A stretch of DNA of 38,651 bases from Candidatus Methylomirabilia bacterium. GTDB lineage: Bacteria > Methylomirabilota > Methylomirabilia > Rokubacteriales > CSP1-6. Position numbers and translations under genes: made by a program. The stretch lies in assembly GCA_046758965.1 (NCBI GenBank), contig JBHIBG010000018.1, positions 1 to 38,651 on the forward strand. Reading direction: 5' to 3'. The notes below the pieces were generated by a model. That model was not told the DNA's origin, did not search any database, and saw only the letters and a program-made list of their open reading frames with translations. Of the stretch, positions 9,279-17,108 are shown piece by piece (the first letter of the stretch is position 1; each line of letters starts with the position of its first letter).

Positions 9279-10082
9279 TCAACCCGTGCGGGTGCGCTCG
9301 GTCAGGATGGCCCGGCAGATCGCGCTGACCTCGTCCGCCGGGACCTCGCTGAAGCCGGAACGGGTGATGATTTTCGCCGACGGGAAAATCCCGCGGACCA
9401 GGTCCGGCCCCGCGGTCCCGATGTCTTCCTCGGCGGCATCGATCATGGCCTCCAGGGCCCCGCGGAGCGCCTCCTCCCGCGACATCTCCTTCTTGTAGAG
9501 CTTCTTCAAGGTATCACGAGCGTCCTTGCCCCCCGACCCCTGGGCGTAGTACTCCGTCTCCTCGTACCGGCCGCCGGTGACGTCGTACTTGAAGATCCGC
9601 CCGAGCCCGGCCTTCTCGTCGAACCCCGCGAAGATGGGGATCACGATGAGGCCCTGGAGCGCCGCGGGCAGGTTCATCCGGATCATCTGAGCCAGCCGGT
9701 TGGCCTTGCCCTCCAGGGAGAGGGTCTCCCCCTCGACCTTCTCGTAGTGCTCGAGCTCCGTCTGGAAGAGGCGGGCCATCTCCATGCTCGGCCCCGCGGC
9801 CCCCGCGATCCCCATTCCCGAGAAGTCGTCCGCTTTGTAGATCTTGTCGATCTGCCGGTGCGCCACCTGAAGCCCCTCGGTCGCCTGGCGGTCCCCCGTC
9901 ATGATGACGCCGTCCCGGTAGCGGAGAGCCAGGACGGTGGTGCCATGGGGCGGGGTCTGGGTCACCTCGTGACGGACCCCAGGGCCGAGGCCCGGGAGCA
10001 GGTGCGGCGAAGTGGCGCGGACGAGCTCCATGAAGCTCGCGTTGGTGTACTCGGTGAAAAAGGTCTTCCAGCGCTCCCCCAT
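9279..10082 (-). CDS. prcB: 20S proteasome beta subunit with propeptide
   Basis: PHG|TTVLA autoprocessing site (catalytic Thr1), GDRQAT, ELEHYEKVEG..LSLEGKANRL, GSGG. Confidence 0.96.
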   Translation of the reverse strand: MGERWKTFFTEYTNASFMELVRATSPHLLPGLGPGVRHEVTQTPPHGTTVLALRYRDGVIMTGDRQATEGLQVAHRQIDKIYKADDFSGMGIAGAAGPSMEMARLFQTELEHYEKVEGETLSLEGKANRLAQMIRMNLPAALQGLIVIPIFAGFDEKAGLGRIFKYDVTGGRYEETEYYAQGSGGKDARDTLKKLYKKEMSREEALRGALEAMIDAAEEDIGTAGPDLVRGIFPSAKIITRSGFSEVPADEVSAICRAILTERTRTG

Positions 10083-10141
10083 CGGGACTCCTCTGTCGGC
10101 TCAGCGGCTTCGAGCGGCCAGCGGCACGCCCGCGCCGATCG

Positions 10142-10148
10142 CCTCCTC
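10142..10148 (-). promoter_or_regulatory. Orphan Shine-Dalgarno GAGGAGG just after the dop stop codon
   Basis: Minus strand: TAA c GAGGAGG cgatcggcgcgggc...; no ATG follows; prcB has its own AGAGGAG 5 nt before its ATG. Confidence 0.6.
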
Positions 10149-10149
10149 G

Positions 10150-11649
10150 TTACACACCTGAGCTCGGCCGGGAGATGTTGTGTAGGAGGTCTGCGGCCGT
10201 CGGGGACTCGCTCAGGAGCTGGCGCACGTGGGCCTCCGTCCCGCGGAGCGGCTCCAGCATGAAGATCTTCTTCAGCGGCCCCTCCTTCAGGTCGAAGATG
10301 ACGGAGTCCCAGCTGGCCGAGACGATCTCGTCAGCATACTTCTGCAGGCACATCCCCCGGAAGTAGGCCCGGGTATCCTTTGGCGGGTCGTAGATGGCTT
10401 TCGAGACCTCGTCATCGGTGACGATCCGGTCCACCGCCTCTGCCTCTTCCAGCTTTCCGAAGAGCCCTCTCTCGGGGCGGATGTCGTGGTACTGGAGATC
10501 AATCATGGCCACACGGGGTTCGTCCCACCCAAGCCGGTTTTTGGCGATATAGCTCTCGATCAGCTCCCGTTTGATCACCCAGTCCAGCTCGCGGTTGAGA
10601 GCCGTGGGATCCTGAGCGAGGCGATCCAGGACCGACTGCCAGTGGACCAGGATGTCTGGCACCCACGCCTCGGACTCACGATCGGCGTAGTAGCGAACAG
10701 CCAGCTCCAGGAACTCACGCTGGACATCGACGGCCGTGATGGTGCGGCCGTCCTTGAGGCGGAGGGGTTCCCGACAGGTGAGATCGCGGGAGACCCTGCG
10801 GTAGGCGAGCACGGGCGCCTCCAGAGAAAAGTCCTCGGCGATGAAATCATCCTCGAGCATGGTCAGGACGATCGCCAAGGTGCCGGCCTTGAGGTACGTG
10901 GCCACTTCGCTCATGTTGGCGTCGCCGACGATGACGTGGAGGCGCCGGTACTTCTCCGGATCCGCGTGAGGCTCGTCCCGGGTGTTGACGATGGGGCGGC
11001 TGTGCATGGTCTCCAGCCCGACTTCGGTTTCGAAGAAATCGGCCCGCTGGGAGATCTGGTACTCGCACGGCTCCGCATTGTTCTCGGCCCCGACTTTCCC
11101 GGCGCCGGTATAGATCTGTCGGGTGACGAGGAAGGGGAGGAGGTGCTGGACGATCCGGGCAAACGGCACCCGGCGGTCCATGAGGTAATTCTCATGGGTC
11201 CCGTACGAGTTCCCCTTGAAGTCAGTGTTGTTCTTGAAGATGAGGATGCGCTGCTCCGGCGGAGAGACAGCCTCCGCTCGGCTGCGCGAGAGGTTCAGGA
11301 TTCGGTCGCCGGCCTTGTCCCAGATCACGAGGTCGCGCGGGTTGGTGGTTTCCGGGCTCGAGTACTCGGGGTGGGCGTGGTCCACGTAGAAGCGGGCCCC
11401 GTTCGACAGGATCAGGTTGATGAGGCGAGACTCTTCCTTGGAGGGCGCTTCCTTCTCCTCCATGTATTCGAAGCCGCGGGCGTCCCGGAGCGGACTTTCG
11501 GCCTCGTAGTCCCAGCGGATGCGGGAGGCACGGTAGGTCTCGTAGCTGTTGATGAGCAGGAGGGAGGAGAGGATCGGGTTGAAGTCGGGCTGGTTCTTGA
11601 CCGTGATGCCGTACTCGGTCTCGATCCCCATCACCTTCGGGATGGCCAT
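10150..11649 (-). CDS. dop: Depupylase/deamidase Dop
   Basis: KVMGIETEYG, Dop loop WDYEAESPLRDARGF, LSNGARFYVDHAHPEYSSPE, ISQRADFFE.EVGLET, SASWDSVIFD, EPLRGT. Confidence 0.95.
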   Translation of the reverse strand: MAIPKVMGIETEYGITVKNQPDFNPILSSLLLINSYETYRASRIRWDYEAESPLRDARGFEYMEEKEAPSKEESRLINLILSNGARFYVDHAHPEYSSPETTNPRDLVIWDKAGDRILNLSRSRAEAVSPPEQRILIFKNNTDFKGNSYGTHENYLMDRRVPFARIVQHLLPFLVTRQIYTGAGKVGAENNAEPCEYQISQRADFFETEVGLETMHSRPIVNTRDEPHADPEKYRRLHVIVGDANMSEVATYLKAGTLAIVLTMLEDDFIAEDFSLEAPVLAYRRVSRDLTCREPLRLKDGRTITAVDVQREFLELAVRYYADRESEAWVPDILVHWQSVLDRLAQDPTALNRELDWVIKRELIESYIAKNRLGWDEPRVAMIDLQYHDIRPERGLFGKLEEAEAVDRIVTDDEVSKAIYDPPKDTRAYFRGMCLQKYADEIVSASWDSVIFDLKEGPLKKIFMLEPLRGTEAHVRQLLSESPTAADLLHNISRPSSGV

Positions 11650-11724
11650 GGACTCCTCTCTCTCAGACCGAACACCTCACCCGCGGAGGCTTGAGAACGG
11701 GCGCGTGATACGAGCGAGCCTGTC

Positions 11725-12027
11725 CGGGGGAGGTTCAGGAAGGGGGGCCGAGTCGCCACGCCGGAGGCATGGAGGCCCCCTCCAGGCTAGGTTGTTTCTT
11801 CGCCCGACATCGGTACGTTTGTGTCCGGTTTTCGCAGGACGCCACTGGCGCCGGGCCGAGAACCGAGTAGATCAAGGACGCAAGGAGGAGCCCAGCACCC
11901 CACTCGGCTCCGCCTCGTGGGGACCCCGACCCACTGGAGGCATACTCCCGGTCCGGTGAGGATGGGTGACGACCGCCGGATGATCAATGATCGGAGGCCA
12001 TCCCTGGCGGGCACCCACGAAGTGGGT
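11725..12027. repeat. Cluster of REP-like hairpins in the arc-dop intergenic region
   Basis: GGGGGAGGTTcaGGAAGGGGGGCCG...GAGGCCCCCTCC (about 11726-11783) resembles 7138-7176; CCCCAC-N13-GTGGGG (11898-11922); GGGCACCCAC-gaa-GTGGGT (12009-12027) shares a 10-mer with 3001-3010. Confidence 0.7.
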
Positions 12028-12051
12028 CGTGTGGCGGTTATCGGCACGGCG

Positions 12052-13887
12052 CTAGAGATACTGGCCGGTGTTGATCACATGTTCTACGGCCCGCTGTTTT
12101 TCCTTGCTCTCGCCCAAGAGCGGCTTGACGTAGACGATCCGCTCCCCCTTCTTACCAGCGATCTTGGCCCAGTCGTCCGGGTTGGTGGTGTTGGGCAGGT
12201 CCTCGTTCTCCTTGAACTCCTCGTGGACCGCGATGATCAGGTCGTCAAGCTTGATGCCCTTCTCGCCCGTGGCGATGTAGCGCTTGAGGGCCAGCTTCTT
12301 GCCTCGGCGCACAATGGATTCGATCATGGCCCCGGAGGCGAAGTCCTTGAAGTAGAGCACTTCCTTGTCGCCGTTCTGGTAGGTGACTTCCAGGAACCGG
12401 TTCTCCTCGCTGAGCGCATACATCTCTTCCGCCGTGGAGGCGATGAGGCAGGCGACGGTCTCGGCCAGGTCGCCGCCACGCTGACCGGTCTCGGAGGCGT
12501 GAAGCGGGACGTCAGTGGTCAGGTACTTGCTGAAGATTTCTGAGGCCGCGGCCTTGTCGGGGCGCTCGATCTTGATCTTCACATCAAGCCGCCCCGAGCG
12601 CAGGATGGCCGGGTCGATCAGATCCTGCCGGTTGGAGGCCCCGACCACGATGACGTTCTTCAGCCCCTCGACGCCGTCGATCTCAGCCAGGAGCTGGGGC
12701 ACGATGGTGGTCTCCACGTCAGACGAGATGCCCGAGCCCCGGGTACGGAAGAGCGCGTCCATCTCATCGAAGAACACGATCACCGGCACATCCTCGGCCG
12801 CTTTCTCCTTGGCTTTCTGGAAGATCTCCCGGATCTTGCGCTCGGTCTCGCCGACGTACTTGTTGAGGAGCTCTGGCCCCTTGATGTTCAGGAAGTAACC
12901 CTTAATCTTCTCCCCTCGCTTCTCGGAGATCTTCTCGGCCAAGTTGTTGGCCACCGCCTTGGCGATCATGGTCTTGCCGCAGCCTGGCGGCCCGTAGAGG
13001 AGCACTCCCTTCGGCGGCGTGAGCTTGTGCTCCCTGTAGTAGTCCGCGTAGAGATACGGCAGCTCCACGGAGTCGCGGATGGATTCGATCTGGGAGTTGA
13101 GGCCGCCGATGTCCTCATAGCGGATCTCAGGAACCTCCTCCAGAGCCAGATCCTCCACCTCGCTCTTGGGAAGCCTCTCCAAGAGGTACCCAGACTTGGA
13201 ATCCATGAGGAGGTGATCCCCCACCTTGAGCTTCAAGCTGCGGAGGGGTTCGGCGATAATCCCTACTCGCTCCTCGTCGGCCCGGAGGGTGACGATGGCC
13301 CGCTCACCGTCCAGGTGTTCCTTGAGGATCACCACCTCCCCTTGGATCTCGTACCCGCACGTCTCGATGACGTTGAGGCCCTCATTCAGGACCAGCTCCT
13401 GGCCTGGCTTGAGCGACTCCGGCTTGATAGAGGGATGGAGGTTCACCTTGACCTTCCGTCCCTGCCCCAGGATATTGACGGTGCCGTCGTCATTGAGCGA
13501 AAGGTATACGCCGTACGTGGCGGGCGGTGCGCAGAGCTTGTCTACCTCCTCCTTGAGGGACTGGATCTGCTCCCGTGCCTCGTAGAGGGTGTTGACGAGC
13601 TTCTCATTCTGGTTAAAGGCTTGAACGAGCTGGCGGTTGGCCTCCCGGAGCTTGTTCTCCAGGACCATTAACTCCCTCGGAGCTTCCTCGACCTTCTTCC
13701 GAAGGTACGTAGTCTCCGCTTCGAGGGTCCGGATGTAAGCCTGGAGGTCCTGCACCTGGATCTCGTACTCGGTCAGCCGCCGTCGAGTGCTCGCCTCAGA
13801 GGACATTGGAAAAAACTTGGAGAACCCCTTCGCCCCTTCAGAGGAAGGCCCTCGGTTGGGACTGCCTCGTTTTTCGAGGTCCTTCAT
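12052..13887 (-). CDS. arc: Proteasome-associated AAA+ ATPase (ARC/Mpa)
   Basis: N-terminal coiled coil, Walker A GPPGCGKT, Walker [20 protein letters not shown]-terminal GQYL proteasome-docking motif. Confidence 0.97.
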   Translation of the reverse strand: MKDLEKRGSPNRGPSSEGAKGFSKFFPMSSEASTRRRLTEYEIQVQDLQAYIRTLEAETTYLRKKVEEAPRELMVLENKLREANRQLVQAFNQNEKLVNTLYEAREQIQSLKEEVDKLCAPPATYGVYLSLNDDGTVNILGQGRKVKVNLHPSIKPESLKPGQELVLNEGLNVIETCGYEIQGEVVILKEHLDGERAIVTLRADEERVGIIAEPLRSLKLKVGDHLLMDSKSGYLLERLPKSEVEDLALEEVPEIRYEDIGGLNSQIESIRDSVELPYLYADYYREHKLTPPKGVLLYGPPGCGKTMIAKAVANNLAEKISEKRGEKIKGYFLNIKGPELLNKYVGETERKIREIFQKAKEKAAEDVPVIVFFDEMDALFRTRGSGISSDVETTIVPQLLAEIDGVEGLKNVIVVGASNRQDLIDPAILRSGRLDVKIKIERPDKAAASEIFSKYLTTDVPLHASETGQRGGDLAETVACLIASTAEEMYALSEENRFLEVTYQNGDKEVLYFKDFASGAMIESIVRRGKKLALKRYIATGEKGIKLDDLIIAVHEEFKENEDLPNTTNPDDWAKIAGKKGERIVYVKPLLGESKEKQRAVEHVINTGQYL

Positions 13888-13972
13888 GGTCTCTGTCCCT
13901 TTTGTGATGAGCCCTCATGTCACCCGGTACACCTTGTCGCTGTCGGTCGAACCGGGTGCCAGAAGTGTGTTC

Positions 13973-14002
13973 AGTATAGAGGTCCATCTGAAAAAAAGTC
14001 AA
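13973..14002 (-). promoter_or_regulatory. Sigma70-type promoter for the arc-dop-prcBA-pafA locus
   Basis: Minus strand TTGACT (14002-13997), 18-nt spacer, TATACT (13978-13973), about 85 nt upstream of the arc ATG. Confidence 0.7.
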
Positions 14003-14230
14003 GAGAATTTACCCCTCACTCCCTCGGAGACTCCTTGAAATCCCTCAACTTTTCCACTCTCACGCCGGAAGACGTGCGCCATCTCACCGAGGCACCCTCC
14101 TGAAGCTGTTGCAATCCCGATGCCATCGGCCAGGCGGTGCGACTTCCGTCACGCCCCTTCGGATGCCATTGGCGGCTCTGGTCAGATCGCGGGTGAGTGG
14201 ACGAAGCCCTATGTTCAGTCGTATAAAGGA

Positions 14231-15793
14231 ATGATGGCGGGAGATGGATTTATCTCGCTCGCGGCCGCGCTCGTCGTAGTCGTCCTCGCCCCCGTTCCGG
14301 CGTCGGCCCAGTTCCGGGGTGAGCTCCGGGTCGGCGTATCCGAGATCCCGGCCACCCTCGATCCAGCGACCGCCCTGGAGGGTCCGATTCCCCTTATTGC
14401 CGGGCATATCTTCGAGACGCTGGTGCGCTACCGGGAGGGGGGGAGTGACATCGAGCCCAACCTGGCGACGCACTGGTCGGTGTCGCGGGATGGCCTCACG
14501 TGGAGGTTCACGCTTCGGAGCGGAGTTCGGTTTCATGACGGCACGCTGCTCACTGCGCCACTGGTCGTCGCAAGCTTCGAACGCCAGCTCGTCAGAGGTC
14601 CCCTTTACCCCGATCCGAACCTCACTTGGCCAGCACTGTTGCGCGGCCTTCCCGGGGTGGTGGAGGGAGTGCGGGCTCCCGACACCAGAACGGTCCAGAT
14701 CCGGCTGGCGCTGCCGTACGCGCCCCTTCTCACCGTGCTGGCGCATCCCGGCTTCTCCGTCATCCATACCGCCACCAGCGACGACGGCACGATTCGCTGG
14801 CTTGGCACCGGGCCGTACCGGCTCAGCGAGATATCGCCCGATCAGATTGTCCTGGACACGTACGCGGGCTACTGGGGAGCAGTGCCTCGCATGGAACGGA
14901 TCGTCTTCGTGGCGGTGGAGAGCGACGACCAGGCCGAAGCCGAGCTCGCCCGGAAGCAACTCGACCTCTGGATTCCTTCCCGGCCGCCGAGACGGACAGA
15001 TGGGGCCCTCTCGCTTCCCGGCTGGCAGGTCGGGCTTTTGGCGATCCAGACGGAACGGGAGCCGCTCGCCAGAAAGAAGGTGCGACAGGCCATCGCGGCT
15101 GCGCTGGACCCCTCCCTCATCGCCCTTGCCGTGGATCCTGTGGCGATTCCGCTCCGGTTCATGCTTCCTCCCGGGGTGTGGGGGGATCACCAAGGATCTC
15201 CCATCATGACCTCGAACCCCCAGGCGGCTCGTGCCCTCCTGGCCGAGGCAGGACTCTCCGAAGGGGTTGCCCCCACGCTTCACATCCGCGAAGGCTCCGG
15301 GATGATTAATGAGGCGCGGATCGCTGAAGCCATGCGGCTGGCATTGGCCCAGACCGGGATCACGCTCCAGATCCGGAGTGAACTCCCCGAGACGGTGGAC
15401 CATCTGGCTCGGTTCGGGAACCACGAGCTGGTGCTCACCGAGGCGCAGGTGGCTGGAGGCGACCCCCACCTCTTGCTGTACCCGCTCTCCACGACCGAAG
15501 GGGCGAGCCGAGGGCCGATGGCGAAGAATCTCTCCTTCTACCGGAACTCGCAGCTGGACGATCTCCTCATCCGAGCAAGCCAGTTGGGTTTCCGGCGCGA
15601 GCGCCTGCGCCTCTACCGGCGTGCGCAGGCGCTCTTGGCTGAGGAGCTCCCGTGGATCCCTCTCTACGTGCGACTTCACTGGGTGGTCGTGCGGCCGGGG
15701 GTGCGGAACTTTCGCCTGCACCCCAGCGGCATCCACCGGCTGGACCGGGTATGGCTCGAACGATCTCGGCCTCGGCGTCGTTTCCTATGGTGA
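14231..15793 (+). CDS. ABC transporter substrate-binding protein, family 5 (DppA/OppA-like)
   Basis: Signal peptide ending ASA-Q; IFETLV...IEPNLATHWSVSRDGLTWRFTLRSGVRFHDGT; GTGPY; KVRQAIA. Start placed at ATG 14231 (14234 possible) rather than 14120. Confidence 0.88.
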   Translation: MMAGDGFISLAAALVVVVLAPVPASAQFRGELRVGVSEIPATLDPATALEGPIPLIAGHIFETLVRYREGGSDIEPNLATHWSVSRDGLTWRFTLRSGVRFHDGTLLTAPLVVASFERQLVRGPLYPDPNLTWPALLRGLPGVVEGVRAPDTRTVQIRLALPYAPLLTVLAHPGFSVIHTATSDDGTIRWLGTGPYRLSEISPDQIVLDTYAGYWGAVPRMERIVFVAVESDDQAEAELARKQLDLWIPSRPPRRTDGALSLPGWQVGLLAIQTEREPLARKKVRQAIAAALDPSLIALAVDPVAIPLRFMLPPGVWGDHQGSPIMTSNPQAARALLAEAGLSEGVAPTLHIREGSGMINEARIAEAMRLALAQTGITLQIRSELPETVDHLARFGNHELVLTEAQVAGGDPHLLLYPLSTTEGASRGPMAKNLSFYRNSQLDDLLIRASQLGFRRERLRLYRRAQALLAEELPWIPLYVRLHWVVVRPGVRNFRLHPSGIHRLDRVWLERSRPRRRFLW

Positions 15794-15878
15794 GCGGTGG
15801 CGGGCCGGGCCCTTTCCTATGCCTGTGAACCTGCCGGCTTTCGGTTGACCGGCCTGATCTCAGGTGGGGGGGTGAGGG

Positions 15879-17108
15879 ATGGGCAGACAGGCGGTGGTGG
15901 CATGGACCCTCTACGACTTTGCCAACTCGGCCTTCGTGGCCGTTATCACCGCCACGGTGTACGCGAAGTACTACGCGCTGGCGGTGGTTGGCAACGAGCG
16001 CGGCGAAGGCGACTTCTGGTGGGGGCTGGCGGTCACCACCTCGATGGCTATCGTGGCCCTCTCCTCCCCCCCGCTGGGCGCCATCGCAGACTTCGCCGGT
16101 CTTCGCAAGCGCTTCCTCTTCCTGTTCACCTACGCGGCCGTCCTGGCCACCGCGCTGATGGCGACGGTTGGGAAGGGAGATGTCCTCTGGGGGTGGATCC
16201 TGGCGGTCTTGGGGATCGTCGGCGTTGAGGGTGGGCTCGTGTACTACAACGCCTACCTCCCAGACCTGGCGACGCCGGACCGACGGGGTCGCCTCTCCTC
16301 CTACGGCTTCGCCGTAGGCTACGCGGGCTCAGCGGTGGCGCTCCTGGCAGCCCTGCCGTTCGCCCTGCCTGGCAACTACGCGGGCGCCTTCCTCGTCACC
16401 GCGGCGCTGTTCGGCGGCTTTGCGATCCCGGTCTTCTTCTATCTCCCGCCGGATCAACCGGGCTCGCTCACGGTGGCCCAGGCCATCGGTGTGGGGTTCT
16501 CCCGGACTCGGGCGACGCTCCGCGGGATCCTGGGCCTCCCCGCGCTGCGCCGCTTCCTGCTGGCCTTCCTGTTCTACCAGGACGGCATCAACACCGTGAT
16601 CTTCTTCTCGGCGATCTTCGCGGGGCACACCCTGGGCTTTACCACGCCTGAGGTGATCTCGCTCTACTTCACCGTCCAGCTCTCGGCGCTGATCGGCGCC
16701 TGGCTCTGGGCCCGCCCGACCGATTTCAAGGGCCCCAAGTTTGTGGTGACATGGACCCTGGTGCAGTGGTGCGTGGTCGTTGGGGCCGCCTTCTTCGTCC
16801 AGACCAAGGGCCAGTTCTTCGTCGTGGCGATCCTGGCGGGGACCGGGCTGGGGGCAGTGCAGGCGGCCAGCCGCGCCTTTATGGCCAGCCTCATCCCGAA
16901 GGGTCGGGAGGCTGAGTTCTTCGGCTTCTACTCGCTCTGCGGGAAGGCGGCGGCCATCTTCGGCCCCATGATCTTCGGCCTGGCCTCCTGGCTCACTGGC
17001 GGGAACCAGCGGGTGGCCATCGTGGCCGTCGGCCTCTTTTTCCTGGTTGGCCTCTTTATCCTGCGGGGGGTGAAGGCCGGCGGCCCCTCGGCCCGGAGGG
17101 AAGCATGA
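15879..17108 (+). CDS. MFS transporter, UMF1/Atg22-like family
   Basis: AWTLYDFANSAF, LGAIAD, YYNAYLPDL...GRLSS.G...GY.G, SRAFMASLIP.GREAEFFGFY; about 12 hydrophobic segments. Confidence 0.9.
   Translation: MGRQAVVAWTLYDFANSAFVAVITATVYAKYYALAVVGNERGEGDFWWGLAVTTSMAIVALSSPPLGAIADFAGLRKRFLFLFTYAAVLATALMATVGKGDVLWGWILAVLGIVGVEGGLVYYNAYLPDLATPDRRGRLSSYGFAVGYAGSAVALLAALPFALPGNYAGAFLVTAALFGGFAIPVFFYLPPDQPGSLTVAQAIGVGFSRTRATLRGILGLPALRRFLLAFLFYQDGINTVIFFSAIFAGHTLGFTTPEVISLYFTVQLSALIGAWLWARPTDFKGPKFVVTWTLVQWCVVVGAAFFVQTKGQFFVVAILAGTGLGAVQAASRAFMASLIPKGREAEFFGFYSLCGKAAAIFGPMIFGLASWLTGGNQRVAIVAVGLFFLVGLFILRGVKAGGPSARREA

Noticed and set aside
10101..10127. Mini-ORF GTG-PLAARSR* after the orphan RBS
   Set aside because: The 14-nt SD spacing is too long, it is only 8 aa, and it has no Pup-like C-terminus.
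10228..11694. Long antisense ORFs (also 14084-15736, 28754-29812, 35361-36695, 25893-26888)
   Set aside because: Shadow frames of well-supported genes in high-GC DNA with no recognisable motifs.
11787..12047. 86-aa minus-strand ORF between arc and dop as a Pup/UBact candidate
   Set aside because: Not acidic or helical, ends GEETT rather than GGE/GGQ/GE, and overlaps repeat hairpins.
14120..14230. Upstream extensions in the ORF track (also 22292, 29977, 32450, 33605)
   Set aside because: Homology and signal peptides begin at downstream starts; the extensions overlap promoters or other genes.
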